Below, in pieces: positions 24,673 to 37,179 of a stretch of 64,000 bases of DNA (the stretch's first letter is position 1; each line of letters starts with the position of its first letter). The translations under genes and the position numbers were made by a program. The notes below the pieces were generated by a model, which saw nothing but the letters and a program-made list of their open reading frames with translations, was not told the origin of the DNA and searched no databases. The DNA lies in contig NC_043024.1 of NCBI RefSeq assembly GCF_006345805.1, positions 6,820,001 to 6,884,000 of the forward strand. The letters are read 5' to 3'. This DNA is from Octopus sinensis (lineage: Eukaryota).

Positions 24673-24865
24673 CCCTTTAGCATTCAGATTATTCCATCAA
24701 ATGTAATCATTTTGATTTAATCATGTAACTTTGAGATTTTGCTGATGTGACTGTTTATTTTTGAATGACATTGTAGGTTATGTATGAGGGGCAGAATCTG
24801 GCCAGTTTGAACCAAAAACAAATAAAATATTTTTGTCGGATTTGGTCAGTTTAAATACTAAAGGG
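24673..24865. mobile_element. piggyBac-like MITE
   Basis: TTAA|CCCTTTAGCATT ... AATACTAAAGGG|TCAA. Confidence 0.7.
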
Positions 24866-25167
24866 TCAAAGTACAGCTGTAACAAGAAAGAACATTCTTC
24901 TGGCTGATTTCAGAAATGCAATGAAGAAGACGAAAAGTCTTTGAAAGTATTATGAAATAAACTGGTGTAGAGAATTGCACATGAATTCATATCAAACGAA
25001 TTATAGACAGGGACCTTCACTGCAGACTAGTTATTGAGCTGGTCCGCTGAGAAGGGATTTTGCGGTTAGGCAGCAAAGGAGATCTGAGCTTAAACGGCCA
25101 ATCATTCTCCCTCTCCCAGTGTAGATGATTGATGCAAAATAAACGATACTTTGACATGCTCTTGTTT

Positions 25168-25430
25168 GTGTGGAGGTGAGTGGCTTAGTGGTCAGGGTGT
25201 TGGGCTTGTGATTGTGAGATAGTGGTTTCAATTCCAGGACTGGGTGAGGCATTGAGTTCTGGAGCGAAACACTTCACTTCACATTGCTCCAGTCCACTCA
25301 GCTGGCATAAATGAGTAATCCTGCAACAAACTGGCATCCTGTCCAGGTGGAAGATTTAATCACCATGGAAACCAGGAAACTGGGAAACCAGGAAACTGGG
25401 AAACCAGCCCTTGTGAGTCAGCATGGCCTC
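25168..25430 (+). mobile_element. tRNA-SINE family C (V/Meta-domain-like), degraded
   Basis: TGGCTTAGTGG A-box, GGTTTCAATTCC B-box, CACATTGCTCCAGTCCACTCAGCTG core. Confidence 0.7.
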
Positions 25431-25550
25431 AGAAAGTAACTTTACCATTTTTTTTCTTTTACTCTTGTTTGTGGTTATGTCTTTTGTAAAAAGTAAAGAC
25501 CCCCTTCAGACATGAATGACTATGCTTGCACCCAGAAAGCTCCCCTCTGA

Positions 25551-25780
25551 AAGGCGACAAGCTGGCAGAAACATTAGCATGTTGGGCAAAATGCTTAGCA
25601 GTATTTCGTCTGCTGTTACGTTCTGAGTTCAAATTCCTCCGAGGTCGACTTTGCCTTTCATCCTTTCAGGGTCGATAAATTAAGTACCAGTTACGCACTG
25701 GCGTCGATGTAATTGACTTAATCACTTTGTCCTTGTTTTTCCCCCTCTATGTTTAGTCCCTTGTGGGCAATAAAGAAATA
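25551..25780 (+). mobile_element. Family B SINE with perfect 17-bp TSD, inserted in a minus-strand family C SINE (25495-26040)
   Basis: AGAAAGCTCCCCTCTGA at 25534-25550 and 25781-25797. Confidence 0.92.
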
Positions 25781-26169
25781 AGAAAGCTCCCCTCTGATGC
25801 ACAAGTCTGCGTAAGATTGCTCATAGAAAACCAGCAGTCGCTCATGTATGCCAGCCTCTCCTCTCCACACCGCTGACATTATCCAAGGGGAAGGCAAAGG
25901 GACCGATACAGTTTGACACCAGTGACATCGCAACTCATTTCTACAGATGAGTGAATTGGAACAACATGAAATAAAATGTCTTCTTCAAGAGCACAACACA
26001 CAGCCTGGTCTGGGAATCGAACTCCACTGAGCCACACACCTATTTTTATGTATAGCTTAACCAAGGCTATAATAGAAAGTTAGAATAAATTCTGAAAGAA
26101 ATCATTCGAGGCAGCTCAGGAACGTGAATACCAGCAACTGAAATATATTTCTGCCCAAGGATCTCAAGA

Positions 26170-26310
26170 GCAATGTTACTTGATAAAGTCTGTAACTCAG
26201 GGATCAGGAAGTCTCTCAAGGTTGAGCTGCAATTTCTCTGATACAACAGACATGTGATTGGAATGTTGCAGGAAAGAATTGCAAGACAGATTTTGAAAGA
26301 GTGTGCATAA
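26170..26310 (+). pseudogene. Highly degraded RTE ORF fragment
   Basis: Reads LDKVCNSGIRKSLKVELQFL*YNRHVIGMLQERIARQIL, resembling the RTE V.N.EIR...W.GHV.RM..R..KQIL region. Confidence 0.45.
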
Positions 26311-26775
26311 ATATACACATAAATTCATGATGACTGTCTACTCGTTAACCAAGCGTGACCATCGTTGGCAGGTTGACTTATGACTGATTGTTCCTATGAC
26401 CGTGAGATCAAACAGTGACTCATGAAGGCTGACAGATTGTGTCATAAAGACTTCAAACTAAATCTGTCTTTATTGCCTGAGGGTTTAGCCTCTCACATGG
26501 AGAATCATCGTGACTTTTTAAATGTTCCGTGTGGCTCTTACTGACTTTGCCATATGCATCACTTGTGAGCAGATTTGTGATAATGAATTGAGCATAACCT
26601 GTTAGGAGATTGTCTTCATGACTCCTGAAGTGGTTTTTGGAGTCCTGTATTTAGGACAGCAAATTCATACATACATGCATACGTAAGTGGAATTTAAACT
26701 CAGAATGTAAAGACAGATGAAATTCTGGTAAGCGTTTGCCTAATGTGCTAACGTTTCAGCCAGTTTGCCACTTTA

Positions 26776-26822
<47 letters not shown>

Positions 26823-26824
<2 letters not shown>

Positions 26825-26968
26825 TGCACTACTAGGCACTGCACACATCCTACGCAGAACACTTTCCATACAATAACCATCAGAGCATCACAACAAATCA
26901 CAGCACATACCCAAGGCACACAGAGCTGCGCTCGGTAGTGAAGTGAAAGCACGTTATACAACTACTGC

Positions 26969-27023
<55 letters not shown>
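26823..27023 (+). mobile_element. Extreme 3' end of a Dong/R4-clade (RLE) retrotransposon inside (AAT)n
   Basis: 26823-26876 reads IALLGTAHILRRTLSIQ*, the LLGTAHILR C-terminal motif of R4/Dong ORFs; ~95-bp UTR; (AAT)n on both sides. Confidence 0.8.
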
Positions 27024-27026
<3 letters not shown>

Positions 27027-27249
27027 TAGTGGTTTCAAATTTTGGCACAAGACTAGCGATTTTCAGGGGGAGGGGGTAAGCCAATTACATCGACCCCAGT
27101 GCCCTATTGGTACTTATTTCATCAACCCTGAAAAGATAGAAGGCAACATTGACCCTGAAAGGATGAAAGGTAACATCGACCTCGGCAAGATTTGAACTCA
27201 GTACATAAAGACAGACAAAATGCCGCTAAGCATTTTACCTAGCATACGC

Positions 27250-27441
27250 TTTTACTCTTTTACTTGGTTCAGTCATGTGACTGTGGCCATGCTGGAACAC
27301 TGCCTTTAGTCGAGCAAATTGACCCCAGGACTTATTCTATTAGTCTCTTTTGCCGAACCACTAAGTTACAGGGACATAAACACACCAGCATCGGTTGTCA
27401 AGCGATGCTGTGGGGGAACAAACACAGACATACAAACATAT

Positions 27442-27489
<48 letters not shown>

Positions 27490-27849
27490 TATATCAATAA
27501 TAAATCTCTGAATGAGATGTAAACAGTAACTGCACGACAATGTGAGATATATTTGCCATCTCAATATGGCTAACCACTAAGGGTGGGTGTTACTGTAGCT
27601 TGTAGCCCTAGGAGAACACAGTCTCCAGCTGGCTTTAGACACACTTTCTGTGCCCTTATGGTATTTGCAAAGGGAGGTCATCCTTCCCTCGTCACCTCGT
27701 CTCGAGGGAAGGATGACTTCCCTTTGCAAATACCATAAGTGCACAGAAAGTGTGTCTAAAGCCAGCTGGAGACGGTGTTCTCCTGGGGCTAAAAGCTACA
27801 GTAACACCCACCCTTAGTGGTTAGCCATATTGAGATGGCTAGTATACCT

Positions 27850-27895
<46 letters not shown>

Positions 27896-28060
27896 TATAT
27901 ATATGACGGGCTTCTTTCAGTTTCCGTCTACCAAATCCACTCACAAGGCTTTGGTCGGCCTGAGGCTATAGTAGAAGACACTTGCCCAAGGTGCCACGCT
28001 GTGGGACTGAACCCAGAACCATGTGGTTCGTAAACAAGCTACTTACCACACAGCCACTCC
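27250..28060 (-). mobile_element. Family A SINE interrupted in its (TA)n linker by a foldback element
   Basis: Tail 27250-27450, head 27900-28060, insert 27495-27850. Confidence 0.82.
27555..27839. repeat. 285-bp foldback (137-bp arms, 11-nt loop)
   Basis: Arms 27555-27691 and 27703-27839, about 5 mismatches. Confidence 0.93.
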
Positions 28061-28415
28061 TACTCCTAACATTTCTACCGGCTCATTACCTTATTCACCT
28101 GTATATATTAATATAGCCAGCCAGCCAGCCAGCCAACCATCCAGTTGGTCAGCTGACCTTGAATTGTCCTCCCACACACACACGCTCGTCACCATCTCTT
28201 GCAAATTAGTTGTGCTTAAGTAATACTGGAGTCTCCTTTATCTGGTTTGTTCTTTGTCCCGATTACCACGACTTGTTGGCCCAATGTCGTAACAGTTCTC
28301 ACCATGTTATATTTATAGCCAGGATAAAATATCATAACTGACACGTCTGATAGAGGCCGGTTACGAAATAGCAACACTCTGAATGTACATATGTGTATGA
28401 ATGTGTGTGTGTGCG

Positions 28416-28543
<128 letters not shown>

Positions 28544-28619
28544 GGTCCCGGGTTGAGTCGGGGTTAACCACAGTAAATAAGGTACTCAATACATAGCAGA
28601 GTAAATTAATTTCTATATA

Positions 28620-28679
<60 letters not shown>

Positions 28680-28687
28680 TATATATT

Positions 28688-28905
28688 CTCTCTTTACTCT
28701 TTTTTACTTGTTTCAGTCATTTAACTGCGGCCATGCTGGAGCACCGCCTTTAGTCGAGCAAATCGACCCCAGGACTTATTCTTTGTAAGCCCAGTACTTA
28801 TTCCATCGGTCTCTTTTGCCGAACCGCTAAGTGACGGGGACGTAAACACACCAGCATCGGTTGTCAAGCAATGCTAGAGGGACAAACACAGACACACAAA
28901 CATAT

Positions 28906-28952
<47 letters not shown>

Positions 28953-29120
28953 TACGACAGGCTTCTTTCAGTTTCCATCTACCAAATCCACTCACAAGGC
29001 TTTGGTCGGCCCAAGGCTATAGCAGAAGACACTTGCCGAAGATGCCACGCAGTGGGACTGAACCCGGAACCATGTGGTTGGTTAGCAAGCTACTTACCAC
29101 ACAGCCACTCCTGCGCCTAT
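28688..29120 (-). mobile_element. tRNA-SINE family A, full length, near consensus
   Basis: Reverse complement of the 8276-8698 architecture. Confidence 0.9.
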
Positions 29121-29179
29121 GTATATGTGTATATGTGTATATATATGTGTGTGTATGTGTGTATATATATGTATGTATA

Positions 29180-29550
29180 TCATCATCATCATCATCATCA
29201 TCATCGTTTAATGTCCGCTTTCCATGCTAGCATGGGTTGGATGATTTGACTGAGGACTGGCTGCACCAGGCCCCAATCTTGCTCTGGCAGAGTTTCTACA
29301 GCTGGATGCCCTTCCTAACGTCAACCACTCCGAGAGTGTAGTGGCTGCTTTTACGTACCACCGGCATGAAAACCAGTCAGGTGGTACTGGCAATGGCCAT
29401 GCTCAAATGATGTTTTTTACGAGCCACCTGCACAGGAGCCAGTCCAGCGGCACTGGCAACAATCTCGCTCAAATGTTTTTACCTGTGCCAGTAAGGCAAC
29501 GCTGGTAACAATCACGCTCGAATGGTGCTTTTTACATACCACCAGCACAT
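29180..29550 (-). mobile_element. RTE 3' UTR fragment
   Basis: (CAT)n CGTTTAATGTCCGCTTTCCATGCTAGCATGGGTTGG...; similar copies at 8870-9050, 34270-34620 and 59540-59720. Confidence 0.85.
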
Positions 29551-29600
29551 ATATATATATCCATTTTATATATATATATATATATTATATATATATATAT

Positions 29601-29684
<84 letters not shown>

Positions 29685-30497
29685 GGTGCAGACATAGCTA
29701 TGTCGTAAGAAGCTTGCTTCCCAACCACATGGTTCCAGGTTCAGTCCCAGTGTGGCACCTTGGGCAAGTGTCTTCCATTATAGCCTTTAGCTGACCAAAG
29801 CCTTATGAGTGGATTTAGTAGATGGAAACTGAAAGAAGCCCATCATATATATACACATACATACATACGTGTGTGTGTGTGTGTGTTTTGTGTCTGACCC
29901 CTAGAATAAATACGTATCTTAAGAAAACGAAGTACTAGGGTCTAATCATTCGGCTAATAATTCTACAAGGCAGTGCCCCAGCATGGCCACAGATAAATGA
30001 CTGAAACAAGTAAAAGATATGAGATACACACACACAGCATCTCCATCATCATTATCATTTAATGCCCTTTTCCTTCCCTGCTGTCATGGGTTGGATGAGT
30101 TATGAAGAACAGAGGAGCCAGGGGGCACTGCCAAGTTCTATGTCTGCTTTGGCATGGTTTCTTCAGCTTTCCCAGAGAATTTTGTTTCTCCCTTGAAGGA
30201 CTCCAATAATTCTTTTATTTGCTTTGCTTTATGTCACAAGGTTAATAAAAGACCTTTAGACCTTTGGACTTCAATTATAATAACTATTCTCTTGCCATAT
30301 TTCTGCTGAAATATACTGACTTTATTTCAATTAGTTTTTAAAATAACGAAGAATTCATTAAAATAATTTTCTCAATATCAATCTGTTGTTTGGGACATAA
30401 ATTAACTTGAAATTTTGACAGGTTTTGTTTTAAATCTCTTTAGTACTTTTGTTAGCATATTTCTGTAGAAATACATAATTTTTGCTTCAATTAATTA

Positions 30498-30700
30498 TGG
30501 CTTAGTGATTAAGAGCGCGAGCTACTAACCCCAAGATTCCGAGTTCGATTCCAGGCAGTGACCTGAAAAATAATAACATTGAAAAATATATCAGGAATGA
30601 GAACCCTGTTTCAAAATTTTCCCAAGACACCTGACAAGGGCTGGAGGGTATATCGGCTGGAACGTTGTGTTGATAACAAACAAGATGAGGACAAATATCT
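30498..30700 (+). mobile_element. tRNA-Thr-headed SINE with hammerhead tail (family D), copy 1
   Basis: A-box TGGCTTAGTG 30498, B-box GAGTTCGATTCC 30541-52, degenerate hammerhead 30626-30671. Confidence 0.8.
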
Positions 30701-30710
30701 GTTTTTTATA

Positions 30711-31385
30711 TAGGCGCAGGTGTGGTTGTGTGGTAAGTAGCTTGCTTACCAACCACATGGTTCCAGGTTCATTCCCACTGTGTGGCACCTTAAGCAAGTG
30801 TCTTCTACTATAGCCTCTGGTCAACCAAAGCCTTGTGGGTGGATTTGGTAGACAGAAACTGAAAGAAGCCCATTGTATATATGTATGTATATATATATAT
30901 GTGTGTGTGTGTGTGTATCTGTTTTTTGTGTGTCTGTGTTTGCCCCCCCCCCTCCCCAACATCGCTTGACAACTGATGGTAGTGCTTTTACGTCCCCGTA
31001 ACTTAGCAGTTCGGCATAAGAGACTGATAGAATAAATACTAGGCTTAGGGCAATGAGCTGGCAGAAATGTTAGCACGCTGGGCAAAATGCTTAGCAGTAT
31101 TTTGTCTGCTGTTAGGTTCTGAGTTCAAATTCCACCAAGGTTGACTTTGCCTTTCATCCTTTCAGGGTCGATAAATTAAGTACCAGTTACGCACTGGGGT
31201 TGATGTAATCGTCTTAACCCCTTTGTCTGTCCTTGTTTGTCCCCTCTATGGGCAATAAAGAAATAAGAATAAGTACTAGGCTTACAAAGAATAACTCCTG
31301 GGATCAATTTGCTTGACTGAAAGCGGTGCTCCAGCATGGCCGCAGTCAAAATGACTGAAAAGAATAAAAGAAGAAGAGAATAAAA
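30711..31385 (+). mobile_element. Family A SINE interrupted by a family B SINE (31048-31265) with 19-bp TSD
   Basis: AGAATAA(A/G)TACTAGGCTTA at 31029-31047 and 31266-31284. Confidence 0.88.
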
Positions 31386-31959
31386 GAAAATAAATCAACG
31401 TGAAATTATGACAGGTTTTGTTTTAAATCACTTTAGTACTTTAGTACTTAGGTACTTTAGTACTTTCTGTAAAAATACATAATTTTTGTTTCCATTAATT
31501 TGGAAGTAATGAAGAATTTAGCATAAATTGACATAAAATTTCAATGGAAGCTTTTAATGCAAGTCACTCTAAAGGAGGAAATTTGTATCATAGAACCAGA
31601 AGTGGGGCAGGATGGTTGAAATACCAGTAATATTTGATTCCGCTCTTGTAATGAATACCACTGTTGTAATTATTACACTTGTAATTAAACGAGGCTACTT
31701 TGCATTGGTGACAGACATAATGATGGTGGTTGTAAATACTATTTAAGCACCACTTGTTAAGGCTATCTTTACCGATACTCGGTAGAAATTATAGCTGTCA
31801 CTGATTTTGTTACAATGTTTTCTATCGAAGACGTCAGATGTAAGCAAACAATGAGATAAAAAATGGGTAACGGTCACATATACCGTATTCCATAATTTTT
31901 TGCTCCTTCATTAGCACCCATCCAACCCATTAATCATCCACAAACTCATTATTTACATT

Positions 31960-32190
31960 ATTTACATTCGACAGATATTTGTCCTCATCTTGTTTGTTGT
32001 TAACACAACATTTCGGCTGATATACCCTCCAGCCTTCATCAGGTGTCTTGGGGAAATTTCGAACCTAGGTTCTCATTCCTAAGGTATCTTTCGATGTTAT
32101 TATTATTGTTATTATTATTCAGGTCACTGCCTGGAATTGAACTCGGAATCTTGGGGTTACTAGCCCATGCTCTTAACCACTACGCCACAT
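31960..32190 (-). mobile_element. tRNA-Thr-headed SINE with hammerhead tail (family D), copy 2
   Basis: Minus strand: TGGCGTAGTGGTTAAGAGCATGGG-CT-AGT-AA-CCCCAAGATTCCGAGTTCAATTCC, then (TAA)n, then gacac-CTGATGA-a-GGCTG-10nt-CAGCC-GAAA-tgtt-gtgtt (32047-32002). Confidence 0.85.
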
Positions 32191-32429
32191 GCCCATCGGC
32201 AATTATGGAGTGAATCTTTAGGGCTTATAAATCTAATATTTTCCCATCCTTCCTTAATACCGGTTCCTATATGCCATTCATACCTGCACTCAGTCTACAT
32301 AGAAGGTTGTTGTGTCCTAGCATACATTCTGCTTCTTTTAGTTTTCTTATTTTCCAGTGGTGTTCGCTGTCTATTAGTTTAACTTCATCCCACAGGAGGA
32401 GGTGGTCTCCATTTTTCCAGCTGTACCCG

Positions 32430-32780
32430 TCTTTTACCATTAAGACTATTCTGCAGAGACCCAAATAAGTGGAAATCCGAAGGAGCAATATCTGGTGAAT
32501 ATGGAGGGTGGGGTAACACATCCCAGCCAAGCTGCAGCAATTTTTGTCTGATTCCCAAAGCATCAAGTGCCAAAAATGAACTTTCTTATCTTCCATTTTA
32601 AAGTGTTACAGAATTAACACAGGTTATAGAAACATAAACCTTCTTCCGCGAAAAGATAGCTTAAACTCTGCTCTAAATGGAGGTGTAGTGAAATCCTATT
32701 TTATGGACTCAACTATGTTCTAAAATAAGTTGAAAGGTAAGCTACTATAAATTGGCACGAACTTTCCAGACAACCCAATA
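32430..32780 (-). mobile_element. Second copy of the deleted mariner at 23931-24490, one end lost
   Basis: PHPPYSPDIAPSDFHLF motif, the same deletion junction and the same TIR ending CCCAA|TA. Confidence 0.88.
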
Positions 32781-33361
32781 TATTAAACATTTTAGCCATT
32801 AATACTATTTAAATACAATGTCACAATGTTAATTAAAGTAGGATAATCAACTGTTAATGAGAAAATAACGAAAAGGCCCCATATAGATGGCACCTCTTTT
32901 CTTTCCTGCAGTGAGATTATGTAATAAATGTGACAGATATTTGAGACTGTCATATGTAACAAGGAAATAGTTATTAGCATACGAAATACAATGACAGCTA
33001 AAATGTATGGATATATTCCATAGTAAAACAGGAACTACCAGCATGCTGGCATTGCAGTCAAAGTGACCAAACCACAAGTTTTCACTTAAACACAAGGGGT
33101 GAAAGCGGGCAAATGAATAAAAATACTAAGACCACATACCAATGACGAAAATAATCAAAAATTGAAAAGTCGGAAATACCCGTGTCATTGTGATTTTGAA
33201 CTTTGAGAAACACCCTTAGTTCATCTTCAGCAAGTATTACTGACACCCAGGGATATAGAGTTTATTAGTTTCAACCAAAGTGGGTGATGATCGTCTTTAA
33301 TGCTGCAGCAAATTTAAAAAGGTGATCGAAGTGAATAAAAATTATTTAAATATATGCTGAA

Positions 33362-34240
33362 ACCCCCTTCGGTCATGACTGACAATGGGATTGCACCTAG
33401 AAAGTTACCCTCCCAGGCACAAGTCCGGGCAAGGTTGTTTATGGAAATTCAGCAGTTACCCATGCATACCAGCCTCCCCTCTCCATGCCACCAATGTTAT
33501 CCAAGGGAAAGGCAAAGGGGCCGATACAGCTTGGCACCTGTGACATCGCAACTCATTTCTACAGCTGAGTGGACTGGAGCAATGTGAAATAAAGTGTCTT
33601 GCTCAAGAACACAACACGTAGCCCAGTCCGGGAGTCGAACTCACAACCTCACGATTGTAAGCTCAACGTGCTAACCACTGAGCCATGCGCCTTCATAATA
33701 TTATCAGTGGTTTAGCATGCGTAAAAAAACCTATAACAGTATGAATTATCCATTAATAATTAAGGGTACTAACAGGCAGTATTGGAATGCTAAATATAGC
33801 AGCCAAACTGACTAAACCACAAGTTATCATTTAAACACAAAAGTGAAATTTGTGATTTGGTCATTTTGACTGCTATATTTAGCATGCTGGTACTGCCTGT
33901 GAAGGCGCATGGCTCAGTGGTTAGAGCATTGAGTTTATTATGATCGTGAAGTTGTGACTTTGATTCCTGGACCAGGCTGCATGTTGTGTTCTTGAGCAAG
34001 ACACTTTATTTCACTTTGTTCCCATTCACTCAGCTGTAGAAATGAGTTGCGACGTCACAGGTGCCAAGTTGTATCGGCCCCTTTTGCCTTTCCCTTGGAT
34101 AACACTGGTGGTGTGGAGAGGTGAGGCTGGTATGCATGGGCAACTGTTAATACCCCATAACAAAACTTGCCCGGACTTGTGCCTGGGAGGGTAACTTTCT
34201 AGGTGCAATCCAATGGTCATTCATGACCAAAGGGGGCCTT
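33362..34240. mobile_element. Inverted (head-to-head) pair of family C tRNA-SINEs
   Basis: Minus copy 33362-33697 and plus copy 33900-34240; both GAAGGCGCATGGCTCAGTGGTTAG...TGTGTTCTTGAGCAAGACACTTTATTTCAC; ~200-bp spacer. Confidence 0.88.
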
Positions 34241-34963
34241 CTCACTGTCTGTTAGTACCCTTAATTATCATTCATCATCATCATCATCCTTTAACGTCCA
34301 CTTCCATGCTAGCATGGGTTGGACAATTTGACCGAGGGCTGGTGAACCAGATGGCTCCACCAGGCTCCAATCTGATCTGGCAGAGTTTCTACTGCTGGAT
34401 GCTCTTCTTAATGCCAACCACTCCGAGAGTGTAGTGGGTGCTTTTATGTACCACCGGTACGAGGGCCAGTCAGGCGGTACTGGCAACGGCCACGTTCAAA
34501 TGGTGTTTTTACATGTCACCTGCACAGGAGCCAGTCCAGCGGCACTGACAACAACTTCACTTGAATGTGTTTTCATGTGCCACTGGAACAAGTGCCAGTA
34601 AGGCAACACTGATAACAATATATATATATATACACACACACACACCCACACATACATGAGTGTGCGTGTCTGTATGTATGTATGTGCATGTGTGTGTGTG
34701 TGCATGTACGTGTGTGTGTGTCTTTGTGCATGTGTTATGTTTGTCTCACACTACTGTGAAGCAGTGGTGACAGACAGACATTGTTAGTTTGTTTATGTCC
34801 CCGTAACATAGCAGTTCAGCAAAAGAGACTGATGGATTGATGATAGATTTACCTAATGAAGACCCGATCCAACTGGATCCAATTGGACCCTCCTACCCTC
34901 CTGGACATAACGAACCACAACAATTATCATTAATGAGGAACTTTTTTCACTGTCTAACCTATA

Positions 34964-35034
34964 TCTCTCTGATGGAGTCTTCGCTCAATGCGATGCTCCA
35001 ATACCTGGGATATCCCAGAAACAGCTGTCAGAGA
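34964..35034 (+). ncRNA. Degenerate type-I hammerhead
   Basis: tctct-CTGATGG...ccca-GAAA-cagctg-TC-agaga. Perfect 5-bp stem I, palindromic stem III and GUC triplet; the core/stem II junction is damaged. Confidence 0.6.
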
Positions 35035-35739
35035 CTATCTTTACCAGTTTGTACTATTTTTACCATTCATTATGTAGCTAAATTTTTAGACTGAATTAAA
35101 TGAAATCAAATGTCCTTGTCCTGCCTTCACTAATTGTTTGTCTTTCCTCACTACTTTAACCTACACACACATATATGTACGTGTGTGTGTGTGTTTCTCT
35201 CTCTAAATTTTGACATCACATGATAGTTGTAAAGGAGTGTCACCACCATGCAAGCAACTTTGTTCATTCCTACTCTTCTGTAAAAAAAAACATGTCTGAT
35301 CATGAGGAATATAACCTCACTTGGAAACAGGTGATGGTTGGCGACAGAAAAGGCGTTTGTCTGTAGAACATCCATCTCGACAAAGTCCATTCACCCCGTG
35401 AAAGTATGGATCAGTGACCGCTAAAACAATGGTGATGATGATGATGATGGTATATGTGACAAGTTGAAGACTGGACTCACCGAAAAGTAATTTCCAGAAT
35501 CGTGATATTGACAGTTGTTGTTATTGTTGTTGGTGGTGGTCAGCCATCCTGGAGCTGTTACTCAAGTAGTTCAAAGCAATCTCAAGTAGTTTCTCACAAT
35601 ACTCTTCAAGTACAGCCTCAGCTGTGTTTCCTCTCTGCTTGGTGAATTTCATTCATTTGAGCAAAGGCACAAAGAAATTCACAGAGAAATAATTTGTTTT
35701 TAATGGCTGAACACAAAGTAAATAAAGCTATGAATAATA

Positions 35740-36640
35740 TTGGGTTGGCAACTAAGTTCCCGCCATTTAAAAAAATTTTGGAATTTATTGCATTTTTAAA
35801 TTTTGGAATCTGTTTTTTTTTTTTTGAGAATTTTATTTTTGAATCAGTTTGGAATCTATTTTGTTTTTTGTTTTTTTTTCTAGTTAATTTTAGTTAATTT
35901 TTGTTTATTTTCAGATCATTAAAATGTCAAGTTAAGAAAAACAAGCATTTTCGACACCTCCTTCTTTTTGCTTTTAATCAAGGTTCTAAGGCCGCAAAAG
36001 CTGCTCGCGACATTTGTGCTGTGTATGGAGAGGGTGTCATAGCTGAAAGAACTGCTCGTGATTGGTATGCCAAGTTCAAAAATGGAAATTTTGACCTCAA
36101 AAGATGCACTTCATTCTGGCTGTCCAGTTGAGCTCAATGAAGAACAATTAAACCAACTTTGCATGAAAATTCTCGTCAAAAGACAAGGGAACTGGCAGAG
36201 AAAATGGAATGCTCCCACACCACTATAGAGAAGCATCTTCACTCAATGAGAAAGGTTCAGAAGTATGGAGCATGAGTTCCACATGCTTTAAGTGACAACA
36301 ATAAAAATCAACGAGCCACAATCCACGCAGGTCTGCTTGCTCGTCACCGCTCGACTCATGAACACAAGCAACGATTTCTTTACCGAATCGTTAATGGCAA
36401 CGAAAAATGGTGCCTGTACATCAATATGAAGCATTTTAAGGAATGGCTTAGCCCCAATAAACAAGCGACGCCGTGCGTAAAACAAGATCTTCATCCTTAT
36501 AAAACAATGTTGTGTGTATGTTGGGACTGGGAAGGGATTATCCATTATGAATTGCTTGAATGGAACCAAATGGTCAACGTGGAACTCTATGTACAACAGA
36601 TGGAATGACTTAACACAGCTATTCAAGAGGAAAGACCTAA
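35740..36640 (+). pseudogene. mariner element, left TIR plus transposase up to the middle of the catalytic domain; frameshifted and 3'-truncated
   Basis: TA|TTGGGTTGGCAACTAAGTTCC; KHFRHLLLFAFNQGSKAAKAARDICAVYG...WYAKFKNGNFDL; VPHALS; RIVNGNEKWCLYIN; KTMLCVCWDWEGIIHYELL. Confidence 0.9.
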
Positions 36641-37179
36641 AGAGGAATGAGGCTGGTATGCAGTGCTGGATTAACCATTAAGTAAAATAAGCACATGCTT
36701 TGGGCATCAAGGGAAGGAGGGGGAATCACAAAAATGGTAAATGGTTTATGGCACAAAAGAAATCACTTAAACTTGCTAAACTAATATTAGAAGAGGTTTA
36801 TATGATTGGAAATATAATTTTGAAGTGTTTGTGGTGTAATAGGAAAGATGACTTTGCAGTTAAAAAAAAACAGAGAAAAACTTTTCAAATATAAAATGGA
36901 AGAATACCAAAATAAGCATTATTTTCCATCTTCCTGTTAGTTTTGTTTTGTTTTACTCTTTTACTTGTTTCAGTCCTTTGACTGTGGCCATGCAGGAGCA
37001 CTGCCTTTAGTCGAGCAAATCAACCCCAGGACTTATTCTTTAGAAGCCTAGTACTTATTCTATCTGTCTCTTTTGCTGAACCTAAGATACGGGGATGTAA
37101 ACACACCAGCATCAGTTGTCAAGCGATGTTGGGGGACAAACACAGACACACAAACATATACACACACACACACACATAC

